Source: a virus
Reading direction: 5' to 3' (one strand)
IMG/VR virus record: IMGVR_UViG_3300042516_002090
Location: 2,578-66,577 of that record
Length of the DNA stretch: 64,000 nt
The notes below the pieces were generated by a model, which worked only from the letters and a program-made list of their open reading frames with translations, ran no database searches and had not been told where the DNA came from. Each line of letters starts with the position of its first letter. The first letter of the stretch is position 1. Below are positions 55,115 through 63,991 of the stretch, one piece after another. A program made the translations under genes and the position numbers.

Positions 55115-57029
55115 GGTATCCATCTACAAAGACTTCAATGACCTGCAAGGACACACGATTAGTGTACTGGGCGCACTTGAACGAATTAGGACTGGAAAAT
55201 CAAAGGCACTTGTTGAGAAGGCGAGGGAAGCCAAGACCAAGAAAGAGGCGGACGAATTAAAAAAGAAACTCCCCGCAGTTTGTTTCAGTGGAACTTTTTC
55301 CAAAAGGAAAGACTCTGAGCTGCTCGAACACTCCGGATACATCGTGTTGGACTTCGATAACGTGTCAGATATGGCCCAAAAACGAAGCGAATTGTGTTCG
55401 ATGAGGTATATTACCGCTGTTTGGGAATCACCCTCAGGAAAAGGCTTAAAAGCGCTCGTCCAAATAGAGTGGAAAACCAAGCATAAGGAACACTTTGACG
55501 CTTTGATGGAAGAAATGCCCGACATTGACAAGACCGGTCGCAATGTTTCTCGCCTGTGCTTTGAGTCGTATGATACCAATCTTTGGTACAACGAGAACGC
55601 TGAAGTGTACACAAAGCTTCCTGTAAAAAAGGAAGATAGGAGGTTGCCCCAACAGACAACTACCGAGACTATTAACGACGACGACAAGATATTTCAAAAT
55701 CTTCTTGCGTGGATGACATCTAAGGGTGATGCGTTCCGTGAAGGCGAAAGGAACCACTTTGTATTCAAGTTAGCTGCGAGTTGCTGCCGCTTTGGGATGA
55801 TGGAGGAAACTTGCTACAGCTTAATGATGATGCACGTTACTCCAAACTCTAGCTTCAGTCAAAAGGAATGCAGGCAAGCCATCCGTAGTGCTTACCGGGC
55901 CAACATGAATCAGTGGAATACTGCTGAGTTCACTAAAGACCAACTGGTTACAAAGAGTAACCACAAGGAGGTAGAGATCGTAATCACCGCAGAAGATGCG
56001 GAGAATATCGCCGCAGAAGATGTCATTTATGCTGAAGAAGTGTTTGAGCAGGCATCTGAGATTTACCACAAGGGCTATCAGGCAGCAATGCCGCTTGGCG
56101 TTCCGCTCCTAGACAAACACTTCAAAAGAGTTAAAGGCGAATTAACAATTGTTTCCGGAATCGGAAACTATGGTAAGTCTTCGTTTATGAAGTGGGAGAT
56201 GATATTCCGCATGGTCAAGTTTGGGGAGAAGGTTGCCATATTTACTCCCGAGGAATTGCCCGCTGAGCAGTTCTATCATGACCTAGTCGAGATTTACTTT
56301 GGAAAGGACTGCACACCCAACAATTACCACAGACCGAGTTACGAGTCTTACAAGAAGGTGTATGATATGATTGGACAACACATCTTCATGGTGTATCCAA
56401 AGAACGTAAGCCCGACTCCTGACTATGTCAAGGAAGTCTTCCTAAGCATGATCATCAAGCATGGAGTAGACCGAGTAGTAATCGACCCGTTCAACCAAAT
56501 GGCAAACGACTACAGCAAGGGCGGTGGTCGCAGCGACAAGTACCTTGAGACATTTCTATCCGACTGCACAAGGTTTGCAAGAAAAAACAACGTGTACTTC
56601 GATATTGTGGTCCACCCGCACAAGATGAGAAAAGGAGACGACGGCAACTACCCATGCCCGGAGGTGTTTGACCTTGCCGATGGGGCGATGTGGAACAACA
56701 AGGCTGACAACATCATCATTTACCATCGTCCTGTCGCTCAGACAGCCCCCGAAAGTCCACTGTGTGAGTTTCACTCCAAGAAGATCCGTAGACAGAAGAT
56801 AGTGGGGATAAAGGGCTTCTTTGACTTTGAACTCGTAAGGTCTACTCGCAGGTTCACGTTCGAGGGCGTCGATTACCTTCAACAGGCGATCGAGGGTAAG
56901 TATGTGCAAGCTGAAATTAAACAGCCAGCCGCGATAAAGCCGAACAAGAGTTGGACTGATTCGAAAGAGGCAAAGGAATGGAACGAGGAGCCAGGACACC
57001 CGAACGGGTATAAAGAGGCTTGGGAGTAA
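55083..57029 (+). CDS. primase-helicase (BT4734/VirE-N + PriCT + SF4 helicase)
   Basis: KKKLPAVCFSG, IVLDFD, SPSGKGLK, EGERN, SGIGNYGKS, VVIDPFN, VVHPHK. Confidence 0.9.
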   Translation: MTQMTQGINGKVSIYKDFNDLQGHTISVLGALERIRTGKSKALVEKAREAKTKKEADELKKKLPAVCFSGTFSKRKDSELLEHSGYIVLDFDNVSDMAQKRSELCSMRYITAVWESPSGKGLKALVQIEWKTKHKEHFDALMEEMPDIDKTGRNVSRLCFESYDTNLWYNENAEVYTKLPVKKEDRRLPQQTTTETINDDDKIFQNLLAWMTSKGDAFREGERNHFVFKLAASCCRFGMMEETCYSLMMMHVTPNSSFSQKECRQAIRSAYRANMNQWNTAEFTKDQLVTKSNHKEVEIVITAEDAENIAAEDVIYAEEVFEQASEIYHKGYQAAMPLGVPLLDKHFKRVKGELTIVSGIGNYGKSSFMKWEMIFRMVKFGEKVAIFTPEELPAEQFYHDLVEIYFGKDCTPNNYHRPSYESYKKVYDMIGQHIFMVYPKNVSPTPDYVKEVFLSMIIKHGVDRVVIDPFNQMANDYSKGGGRSDKYLETFLSDCTRFARKNNVYFDIVVHPHKMRKGDDGNYPCPEVFDLADGAMWNNKADNIIIYHRPVAQTAPESPLCEFHSKKIRRQKIVGIKGFFDFELVRSTRRFTFEGVDYLQQAIEGKYVQAEIKQPAAIKPNKSWTDSKEAKEWNEEPGHPNGYKEAWE

Positions 57030-57070
57030 TGAAAAAAACCATATCGGGTATAAATTTAACAGTTTTTTTC

Positions 57071-57101
57071 TTGCACAAAAGAAACATATATGCTAGATTT
57101 G
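57071..57101 (+). promoter_or_regulatory. Bacteroidota-type promoter for SSB
   Basis: TTG-N20-TAGATTTG. Confidence 0.7.
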
Positions 57102-57134
57102 CGAAACATAACCAATTAATTAATCATAAAAATT

Positions 57135-57767
57135 ATGGGATTAAATCAAGGTGGTTCATCAAACCGTACTTACCTCAGCATATCTGGCGGTAAGATTGCC
57201 AAGCGAGTTCCTGAAGGAACGGCTGGCTCAATTAAGTGTAACAGCAAGGACGGCACTAAGGTGTGGTACGAGCAGAGATTTTCTTCTCTGTCTGGCTACA
57301 TAGTAGACGTGTTCAAGCGCGTATCCGAACAGGGATATGGAGACCAACTCTGCGTGGTTCTTAGAGATGGAAGCGAGGAGTATCAGATCCAGATGCCGTG
57401 GTCTTCACGCTACTCGTCAGGATTCTTCTTATCAATGCCGAACATCGACGCCGGCAAAGAAATTACTCTAACTCCGTGGTCTAAAGAGATTGACGGAAAG
57501 ACTCGCACGATGCTTTACCTCCGTCATGGTCAAGAGGATATCAAGTGGGGGTGGACCAAGGACAATCCTGGAAATATGCCTGAGATGAAACAAATTAAGG
57601 TGAAGGGACAAATCGTGTGGGACGACTCAGAACGTCAAGAATTTTTTGAGAAGCACCTCAACGACATCTTCATGCCACAAGTAAAGGCTGTGAGTTCTGT
57701 AAAGAAATTAGATTCATACGCCGCTATAGCTCCTTCTGAGGACCCTGGAGACGACCTGCCATTCTAA
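57135..57767 (+). CDS. putative single-stranded DNA-binding protein
   Basis: C-terminal DDLPF tail, position after helicase. Confidence 0.75.
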   Translation: MGLNQGGSSNRTYLSISGGKIAKRVPEGTAGSIKCNSKDGTKVWYEQRFSSLSGYIVDVFKRVSEQGYGDQLCVVLRDGSEEYQIQMPWSSRYSSGFFLSMPNIDAGKEITLTPWSKEIDGKTRTMLYLRHGQEDIKWGWTKDNPGNMPEMKQIKVKGQIVWDDSERQEFFEKHLNDIFMPQVKAVSSVKKLDSYAAIAPSEDPGDDLPF

Positions 57768-57776
57768 CTTTAACCA

Positions 57777-57821
57777 AGGGCCGTGGCGGGGGATAAACAG
57801 GGGCGAACCTGCCGCGGCCTT
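57777..57821 (+). other. GC-rich intergenic hairpin
   Basis: 14-bp stem, 17-nt purine-rich loop, no U tract. Confidence 0.55.
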
Positions 57822-57834
57822 AATCCAAACGAAC

Positions 57835-58320
57835 ATGAGATATACATTCAAAGACCTAGTGGAGCTTGTCCACGTAAACAAACGAAACGAGTTTACAAAA
57901 ATTTACGAGTACTTACATAAGATAGACAACCCTCAGGAAAACGAAATCCTTGAGAAGGTAGGAAAACACTTCGAGGTAACTCCAAAAGAAATCAAGGGAA
58001 GGAACAGATACGCTGACGTTGTACTAGCGAGACACATGTTTATGGCGACAATCAAGGTATGCTCTACAAAAACACTTGCCGAGGTTGCAAGACTGGTAGA
58101 GAGAGACCACGCCACTGTTTGCCACGCCATGAAGACTATCCGCATGGACTACGACTACAACCCGGCTAGAAGGAACAAGATAAGACACTTCATCGCCGAC
58201 CTAGACCCAACAAGACAAGAACTTTTATTAGACTTTTTAAATGAACGGAACCCCGATATACTTGCCGCCTACGCCGTCGACACTGACCGAGTTACAGCAC
58301 CTTCGGAATTTAAGGCATAA
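57835..58320 (+). CDS. DnaA C-terminal HTH domain protein
   Basis: R...VVLARH...TLAEVARLVERDHATVCHA matches DnaA domain IV signature. Confidence 0.85.
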   Translation: MRYTFKDLVELVHVNKRNEFTKIYEYLHKIDNPQENEILEKVGKHFEVTPKEIKGRNRYADVVLARHMFMATIKVCSTKTLAEVARLVERDHATVCHAMKTIRMDYDYNPARRNKIRHFIADLDPTRQELLLDFLNERNPDILAAYAVDTDRVTAPSEFKA

Positions 58321-58507
58321 GCTACTCATTCAGGACATGGAATACCCAAAGCTGGGTATACACAAGCCAAAGATAAAATATGATCGTGACAAGTCTCTAA
58401 TGCGTTTGATTAACGTAAGGTTGTACGAACTCACTGGTAATGATATGTATCTTTGGATCAGCGGACATTTTAATGAACTTAAAAAAATAGAAGATGGGCA
58501 GAATTGA
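58241..58507 (+). CDS. hypothetical protein
   Basis: 88-aa ORF overlapping neighbours. Confidence 0.6.
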   Translation: MNGTPIYLPPTPSTLTELQHLRNLRHKLLIQDMEYPKLGIHKPKIKYDRDKSLMRLINVRLYELTGNDMYLWISGHFNELKKIEDGQN

Positions 58508-58772
58508 AATAAAAGACGCAAAGCGCACAGTAGACGGACAGAAGGTAAACGCGTACCGGGTCCGTACTATTGGGGATAACAACGAGATACTTCAGACCTC
58601 TGAGGTGTTGAACACGATTGACAGCGTGAAAAAGCACATCAGAGCGATGGCTCTTGCTTGGAATAGTGAAGGTTATGCCGAGGTGATAGACTGCACGTAT
58701 CGCGGAAAGTTTGATGGTAAAATCATCGATCTTGAAGAGTACGACAAGCTAAAAATTGAAACAATTTCCTAA
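58494..58772 (+). CDS. hypothetical protein (YegP-like pattern)
   Basis: YRVRTIGDNNEILQTSE motif. Confidence 0.65.
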   Translation: MGRIEIKDAKRTVDGQKVNAYRVRTIGDNNEILQTSEVLNTIDSVKKHIRAMALAWNSEGYAEVIDCTYRGKFDGKIIDLEEYDKLKIETIS

Positions 58773-58918
58773 TGGACACCATTGAGTCTATCATGTACGT
58801 GCCATACAGTGTGTGTGAGGGCGGCGAAGAGAAAATAATGTATATTTGCGTACCTACTACATTGGTAATCATGAAGAGTCAACAAGTCGAAAAATCACAA
58901 TTTATATTTTGGAACTAA
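58772..58918 (+). CDS. small hypothetical protein (48 aa, not in track)
   Basis: TAATG-coupled, MDTIESIMYVPY...FIFWN*. Confidence 0.5.
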   Translation: MDTIESIMYVPYSVCEGGEEKIMYICVPTTLVIMKSQQVEKSQFIFWN

Positions 58919-58938
58919 AAAAGTCATTCCCAGCCTAC

Positions 58939-59157
58939 ATGTTGGAGTTACCCAACATCACCCTTACAGCATTCCTGTTTGCGTTTGTTATTGCCTTTGT
59001 GTTTTCACTTTTGGAGAAAAACTACGCAACCGCGATTGCTTCGTTTTTGATCGTGGCATCCATCCTTCCAATTAAGTACTATATGTGGAAGAAGATAAAG
59101 GTGCAAAACGATGACAACGAAAAAAAGCATAAAGTCATCGTAATCAAAAGAAAGTGA
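58939..59157 (+). CDS. small two-TM membrane protein
   Basis: Two hydrophobic helices and basic tail. Confidence 0.6.
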   Translation: MLELPNITLTAFLFAFVIAFVFSLLEKNYATAIASFLIVASILPIKYYMWKKIKVQNDDNEKKHKVIVIKRK

Positions 59158-59189
59158 GCAAACTAAATTGTTTGTTGATACATTTGCTG

Positions 59190-59269
59190 AGTTGTGCTTT
59201 TATAGCGCAAGTTCAGTTTGTTTTATTCATTTCGTTTGTGAAAACCGTCTCCTAAGCGAGGCGGTTTTT
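59190..59269 (+). ncRNA. small RNA E, antisense to start-codon regions
   Basis: TACATTTG box, 5' hairpin, unpaired UUUGUUUUAUUCAUUUCGUUUGUG, terminator AAAACCGUCUC/GAGGCGGUUUUU. Confidence 0.7.
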
Positions 59270-59312
59270 GCTTTCTAGGTGATACTCATTATATTTGCAA
59301 ATATCTACCTTA

Positions 59313-60332
59313 ATGAAAAACAACGTACAGAACTATCGCAACATCTTAAACGACACGCGAGACCTTAGTCAAAACAAAAAGATTGAATTAGAGTATGATA
59401 ACGTAACGTCCGGGATCACACTTGAGTCTTTTAAACGACAGTTTCTCTCCTGGAAGAAGAACAACAAAGTAGAACCGGCAAAGAAGGCGCGGATAACTCC
59501 AAAAGCCATCGCAAACGCATTCGAGGATATCATTAATGAGCTGATTCCCGACAGCAATCCACTAGGGTTGCCTGACTCAAAGGAAAAAAGTTACAGCCCA
59601 TATAAATTCCCAGTTAACCACAATGATATCCTATTTCTCACCGACATTCACGTACCATATCACAACATCCCTGCCCTCACAGCAGCGCTCAAGTACGGAC
59701 TTGAAAACGATGTCAACACAATCTACATCAACGGGGACCTCATCGACTTCTATGCGATCAGCCGGTTCCAAAAAGACCCGCGCAAGAGAGACCTCGCTTC
59801 TGAAATCTATATGGCAAGGGACTTCCTCTACACGCTGCGGAAGCTGTTCCCTACTCAAGCAATATACTTCAAGGCAGGAAACCACGACATCCGTTGGGAC
59901 CACTACCTGATCAACAACGCATCAGATTTAGTTGGGATTGAAGAGTTCTCCTTGGAATCCATCTTGCATCTTAAGCAGCTCAACATCACATTTATCCCAG
60001 ACAAGCAGCTTGTAAGAATGGGCAAGCTAATAGCACTGCACGGCCACGAGTTTGGGTCAAGTATGTTCAGCCCGGTAAACATCGCCCGTGGTTTATACCT
60101 TAGGGCCAAGGACAACGCAATCTGCGGACACCACCACCAGACGTCGGAGCATACCGAGCCAAATATCAACGGGAAGGTGACAACCTGCTGGTCGGTAGCC
60201 TGCCTGTGCGAGCTTCACCCTGACTATATGCCGATTAACAAGTTCACTCACGGTTTCGCGCACGTGAAAGTGTTTGATAATGAGGAGTTTGAGGTTACAA
60301 ACTACCGAATCGTAAACGGCAGGATCAAGTAA
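59313..60332 (+). CDS. calcineurin-like metallophosphoesterase
   Basis: DIHVP, NGDLID, GNHD, HGHE, GHHH motifs; own TTTG-N19-TATATTTG promoter. Confidence 0.9.
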   Translation: MKNNVQNYRNILNDTRDLSQNKKIELEYDNVTSGITLESFKRQFLSWKKNNKVEPAKKARITPKAIANAFEDIINELIPDSNPLGLPDSKEKSYSPYKFPVNHNDILFLTDIHVPYHNIPALTAALKYGLENDVNTIYINGDLIDFYAISRFQKDPRKRDLASEIYMARDFLYTLRKLFPTQAIYFKAGNHDIRWDHYLINNASDLVGIEEFSLESILHLKQLNITFIPDKQLVRMGKLIALHGHEFGSSMFSPVNIARGLYLRAKDNAICGHHHQTSEHTEPNINGKVTTCWSVACLCELHPDYMPINKFTHGFAHVKVFDNEEFEVTNYRIVNGRIK

Positions 60333-60349
60333 ACCTCGTAACATTTTTA

Positions 60350-60384
60350 TGCACGTTTTTGTTACAGAACGTGTGCGTTTTTTT
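60350..60384 (+). terminator. intrinsic terminator
   Basis: GCACGTTT/GAACGTGT stem then T7. Confidence 0.55.
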
Positions 60385-60410
60385 CTGTATTTTGCATAAC
60401 AGGATGTGCA

Positions 60411-60653
60411 ATGGAGAACCCAAGGATCAGATACAGGAAGTTAGGCAGGGAAAAGGCGCGTGGCCTTTACCATGAGGACGGTCTTATCGAGATCGATCCA
60501 AGACTCCCTGCAAAGGAACACCTTGAGGTAATTATCCACGAATATCTTCACCACGAGTTCAAGCATTGGGAGGAGGGGCATGTTGAAGAGTATGGAATAA
60601 AAATATCCGAGTTCCTGTGGGCATTAGGTTACAGACGCGTAAATTTGGAATGA
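60411..60653 (+). CDS. small zincin-like protein
   Basis: IEIDPRL...IIHEYLH (HExxH) plus downstream Glu. Confidence 0.75.
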   Translation: MENPRIRYRKLGREKARGLYHEDGLIEIDPRLPAKEHLEVIIHEYLHHEFKHWEEGHVEEYGIKISEFLWALGYRRVNLE

Positions 60654-60654
60654 C

Positions 60655-60906
60655 ATGAGAATTATGCTCCCGATAGTCATAGACAACGACGAGAAAAGGG
60701 TCGCCGACCTGGTTGGTTCTACGCCGGAGAAGTTCGAATGCGAGCCGGCTATTTTTTACTCCATAGATAACATTCGTCCATACCTCAATTACAAGAATCT
60801 CTGCATGATAAGCTCTGGGGGAGACGACTTTATCGTCGGACTTTCCATGGAAGAGGTGGACGACATCATCATGAGCGACATAAGCCACATGTTTAGCGCA
60901 AATTAA
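60655..60906 (+). CDS. hypothetical protein
   Basis: 83-aa ORF. Confidence 0.7.
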   Translation: MRIMLPIVIDNDEKRVADLVGSTPEKFECEPAIFYSIDNIRPYLNYKNLCMISSGGDDFIVGLSMEEVDDIIMSDISHMFSAN

Positions 60907-60964
60907 TGTTAAAATTGTTGCATGTTGCCACGCGTGTATTATATTTGCCATATAAATAAACGAA

Positions 60965-61423
60965 ATGAACGATTTAGAAAGAAAAAAACGACTGATTGTG
61001 ACCGCTTTGGGCGCACAACAAATCTACGCACAGTGTCACGACGAGTGTGTGGACATGAAGTTCTTCAAGCACGATATGAAGATGCACTCCAAAAACCTTA
61101 TTGCCAAGCTAGAGCGTGAGCTTATGCCCATTTTCGGGGTGCTTGGTAACGTGGACGGAGGAGACGCATATCTAAACGCCGTTGGTATGATGGAAAACAC
61201 CTTGCAGAACCTTGCAACGCTCCCTGTCGAATACTGGGCGGTAATCAACATTGCGATTAACGACATAAAAAAGCGAATCGATGAAAAGAACCAAGAAGGG
61301 GATAACGGAGTACCTGACGGAGAAGCTCATGGAGTGGAATCCGACGGTGGACAGCCAAGCGATAGCGTGGACGCTGAGCCGGAACATACCGCAGCTGAAG
61401 AGCATGAAGCAAGCGGACATTGA
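60965..61423 (+). CDS. hypothetical protein
   Basis: 152 aa; TTG-N19-TATATTTG promoter at 60918-60947. Confidence 0.75.
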   Translation: MNDLERKKRLIVTALGAQQIYAQCHDECVDMKFFKHDMKMHSKNLIAKLERELMPIFGVLGNVDGGDAYLNAVGMMENTLQNLATLPVEYWAVINIAINDIKKRIDEKNQEGDNGVPDGEAHGVESDGGQPSDSVDAEPEHTAAEEHEASGH

Positions 61424-61638
61424 CACAGTACTCCAAGCCTGCAAAGATGATCTTTCCCAATGGTCCTATACCGGTCACGACTCCCCTTGGAGACGGATAC
61501 ATCCTCTACATAACACCGAACGGTTTTCTGGAGAATGACGAGATAACGGTCGTGCTGTCAAACGGCGGCGAAATAAGGCACTTCTCTAGCGATCAGGTGC
61601 GTGTGTGGAAAAACTCAACCTACGGGATACATGAATAA
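61420..61638 (+). CDS. hypothetical protein
   Basis: IPVTTPLGDG motif; ATGA coupling. Confidence 0.7.
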   Translation: MTQYSKPAKMIFPNGPIPVTTPLGDGYILYITPNGFLENDEITVVLSNGGEIRHFSSDQVRVWKNSTYGIHE

Positions 61639-61819
61639 CTACGTGATAACGATATGGGACGGCGAGAAGATCGTCCACAACGCAAGGGCCAAGGCCAAGA
61701 GTCCTGAGTCTGCCAAGACAAAGGCTTTAAGCGACTGCTTGAAGATGGATAAACTAATGGGAAAAGAAAACAACTGGTTAAGCTACCGATGGGACATACA
61801 AGCGACAATAAGCCGATAA
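61631..61819 (+). CDS. hypothetical protein
   Basis: ATG 61631 in frame with track ORF. Confidence 0.65.
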   Translation: MNNYVITIWDGEKIVHNARAKAKSPESAKTKALSDCLKMDKLMGKENNWLSYRWDIQATISR

Positions 61820-62001
61820 AATATGTGTCAGAACTGCTCAACGAGGTAATCGTTGACATGATTATGCGTGAAAAGAAGGGTTTTTCTCAGTATAATCACA
61901 CAATGGACCGCACGGACCTGACCAAGGAGGAGTGGATTCAACACGCATACGAGGAGGCGCTTGATCTTGCGCTGTACCTCAAGAAGATTATGAAGTCATA
62001 A
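61789..62001 (+). CDS. small phage protein (all-alpha NTP-PPase-like pattern)
   Basis: R...G..QY..TMDRTDL...WIQHAYEEALDLALYL. Confidence 0.65.
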   Translation: MGHTSDNKPIKYVSELLNEVIVDMIMREKKGFSQYNHTMDRTDLTKEEWIQHAYEEALDLALYLKKIMKS

Positions 62002-62010
62002 ACAAACGAA

Positions 62011-62292
62011 ATGAAAAAGAAGACACAGTACACAATCTTTGCCTACGAGCCAGGCACTGAGGTTTATGCCATCTCCATGTGGCATGATAACGGAAAGCCA
62101 ACTGATCATCTAGCAATCTACAAGGCCAAGGTGGCGTCGTGGAGCTATGACGCGGAGGAGAAAGATGTTCTTTACTACCTTGAAAACCTCAGCGGAGAGT
62201 GGTGGGGAGACAGCATCAAGGGGGAGTATGTGTCGGAGTCGTTTGACGAACTTATGAACTACGCCAAAGAACTCTGGAGAAATGCGAAATAA
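62011..62292 (+). CDS. hypothetical protein
   Basis: 93-aa ORF. Confidence 0.75.
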   Translation: MKKKTQYTIFAYEPGTEVYAISMWHDNGKPTDHLAIYKAKVASWSYDAEEKDVLYYLENLSGEWWGDSIKGEYVSESFDELMNYAKELWRNAK

Positions 62293-62386
62293 ATACAACT
62301 TCCGAAGGGACATTGAACACATTATCCCTTACCTGATCCTACTTGCAATCTACGCAGTAATAATCCTAATACTATTTTCACTATGA
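62282..62386 (+). CDS. 34-aa single-TM peptide (not in track)
   Basis: MRNKYNFRRDIEHIIPYLILLAIYAVIILILFSL*, ATGA-coupled to next gene. Confidence 0.55.
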   Translation: MRNKYNFRRDIEHIIPYLILLAIYAVIILILFSL

Positions 62387-62661
62387 GCGAGCCAAAAGAA
62401 TACAAGAACTACCTAGAAGTCTTACTTGACCTTTACCCTGACGACGAGTTTCTCATCGCAGACGGGTTTGACGACGCCGTGATTGGTGTTGACTACGGGT
62501 CTTCACGCCTGATATACTCATGCAAGAAGTGTCTAGAGATCTTAATTGAAGTCGAGGAGATGGACCCAGAGGATGCGATCGAGCATTTTCAGTACAACGT
62601 GGCTGGCGCCTACGTGGGGGAGAAGACCCCAATCTGGTGCGAAGACAGCTACGAGCTATAA
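62383..62661 (+). CDS. phage hypothetical protein
   Basis: ADGFDDAVIG...YNVAGAYVGEKTP motif. Confidence 0.8.
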   Translation: MSEPKEYKNYLEVLLDLYPDDEFLIADGFDDAVIGVDYGSSRLIYSCKKCLEILIEVEEMDPEDAIEHFQYNVAGAYVGEKTPIWCEDSYEL

Positions 62662-62683
62662 AAAAACCGGGAGTTACCCCGGC
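62660..62683 (-). terminator. intrinsic terminator at convergent junction
   Basis: GCCGGGG-uaac-UCCCGG-U7 on - strand. Confidence 0.75.
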
Positions 62684-62726
62684 TTTAGTCGTAACTACAA
62701 CGGTCCCCCACACGAGACCGTGTTTC

Positions 62727-62990
62727 TTAGCAGTCCCATTTACGTAAAGCTAAAGCCTTACGAGTAGGCTTGCCGTTAGGTTTCTTCATTGGGCCTGGCA
62801 TACCACCCATTCTAGCACAGAAGGATTTCCTTCGAACAGCCGCCTTTGGGGACTTCTTTGCCTGCTTAGCAGAGACTGGGGGCTTCAATGTGCCTCCGGT
62901 TTCACGCTTATACGAAGCTCTACCCTTGGCGTTTAGTCCGCCTTCCGGGTTCTTGCCCTCCTTTCTTTGCCATGCTGCTGTCTTTGCCAT
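62727..62990 (-). CDS. DUF6321-like basic protein
   Basis: AWQRKEGKNPEGGLNAKGRASY...RRKSFCARM...ALRKWDC. Confidence 0.8.
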   Translation of the reverse strand: MAKTAAWQRKEGKNPEGGLNAKGRASYKRETGGTLKPPVSAKQAKKSPKAAVRRKSFCARMGGMPGPMKKPNGKPTRKALALRKWDC

Positions 62991-63349
62991 TACTTTCTTT
63001 TTGGTTTCATGATGTTTACCGCGTTGAGCGAATCACGGGTAGCCTGAGACTTCAAAGTCTTTGCCGCCGGCTTATTTCCTCTCTTCTCCTGCTCAGACGC
63101 CAAAAACTTCTTGTTTTCAGATTCTTGCATACGAATTTTAGAGTCTAATCTTGAGATCTCAGATACCTTACTTGGCGTATTGGACTTTGAACCAGCAGGT
63201 ATACCCTTCGGCAAGAACTGTGAACCTCCTTTGGGTTTTTCAGCGACCATCTTGCGGACACCTGTAGATTTATCGTTCTTTGGAGCAGGCTTGTACGGGC
63301 CAACCGGACTCGACTTCTTGCCAGGCGGTGTGTTTGTCTTCTTTGCCAT
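62990..63349 (-). CDS. Lys/Pro-rich basic protein
   Basis: 119 aa, coupled to DUF6321-like gene. Confidence 0.7.
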   Translation of the reverse strand: MAKKTNTPPGKKSSPVGPYKPAPKNDKSTGVRKMVAEKPKGGSQFLPKGIPAGSKSNTPSKVSEISRLDSKIRMQESENKKFLASEQEKRGNKPAAKTLKSQATRDSLNAVNIMKPKRK

Positions 63350-63352
63350 TAT

Positions 63353-63511
63353 TTATTTTTTTGGTTTTTTTGCTGTCAACTTAGACTTGATGAAGTCCTT
63401 CAACTTAGGCGCACCCTTACTTCCGGGCTTCCTCATCTTCTCGCCTGATCCTTCAGCTATTCGCTTGCGCTTGGCGTGAATGTTTGCATATAGTCCTGTC
63501 TTTGCTTTCAT
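63353..63511 (-). CDS. small basic protein (52 aa, not in track)
   Basis: MKAKTGLYANIHAKRKRIAEGSGEKMRKPGSKGAP... Confidence 0.75.
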   Translation of the reverse strand: MKAKTGLYANIHAKRKRIAEGSGEKMRKPGSKGAPKLKDFIKSKLTAKKPKK

Positions 63512-63627
63512 CCTTGTCCTCTTGATGGTTTTACATTCTTGTCCATTGGTGACTTGCGCTTAAAAGGTTTGCCGTCCTTGCGCTTGCCAAAGGTCGTCTT
63601 AGACCCGGTACCCATCGCCTTAGCCAT
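63508..63627 (-). CDS. small basic protein (39 aa, not in track)
   Basis: MAKAMGTGSKTTFGKRK...PSRGQG*, ATGA-coupled. Confidence 0.7.
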   Translation of the reverse strand: MAKAMGTGSKTTFGKRKDGKPFKRKSPMDKNVKPSRGQG

Positions 63628-63778
63628 GACTACCCCCTTCACACTTGCACTTCTCCGCCTCCTTGGCCTCCATCTCCATTCTCTCCATGTCCTGGCGACG
63701 TCTGTTCTTTACCATCTGCTTGGCAGGTGAGTACCCCCCAAACATGTTGTCCATAAAGTCCTGTGATGCGTATCTCAT
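63620..63778 (-). CDS. hypothetical protein (52 aa)
   Basis: ATG 63778 below TTG-N19-TATATTTG promoter (63821-63792). Confidence 0.65.
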   Translation of the reverse strand: MRYASQDFMDNMFGGYSPAKQMVKNRRRQDMERMEMEAKEAEKCKCEGGSHG

Positions 63779-63846
63779 AGCCTTTTTTTTACAAATATAT
63801 GCAATGTCGTCATCTATACAAGGTTTGGCGAACTTATCTTTTTTCC

Positions 63847-63954
63847 GTAAACTCATAATGGTTGGCATTTCGTAAACCAACTATGGTTGGGGTACACAAT
63901 CTGTAAACTTATAATGGTTGGGGTGAATAATTCATAAACTCATATTGGTTGGGG
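63847..63954. repeat. four degenerate ~21-bp direct repeats
   Basis: RTAAAC-N6-TGGTTGG(GG) at 63847, 63872, 63903, 63934. Confidence 0.8.
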
Positions 63955-63955
63955 T

Positions 63956-63991
63956 CCCCCCACCCACCCCCAACCCCACACCCGCAAACCC
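63956..63991 (-). other. potential G-quadruplex
   Basis: Six runs of 3 or more G on the - strand within 36 nt. Confidence 0.55.

Noticed and set aside
63847-63954. CRISPR mini-array
   Set aside because: Repeats are degenerate, spacers are only about 4-10 nt, and there are no cas genes
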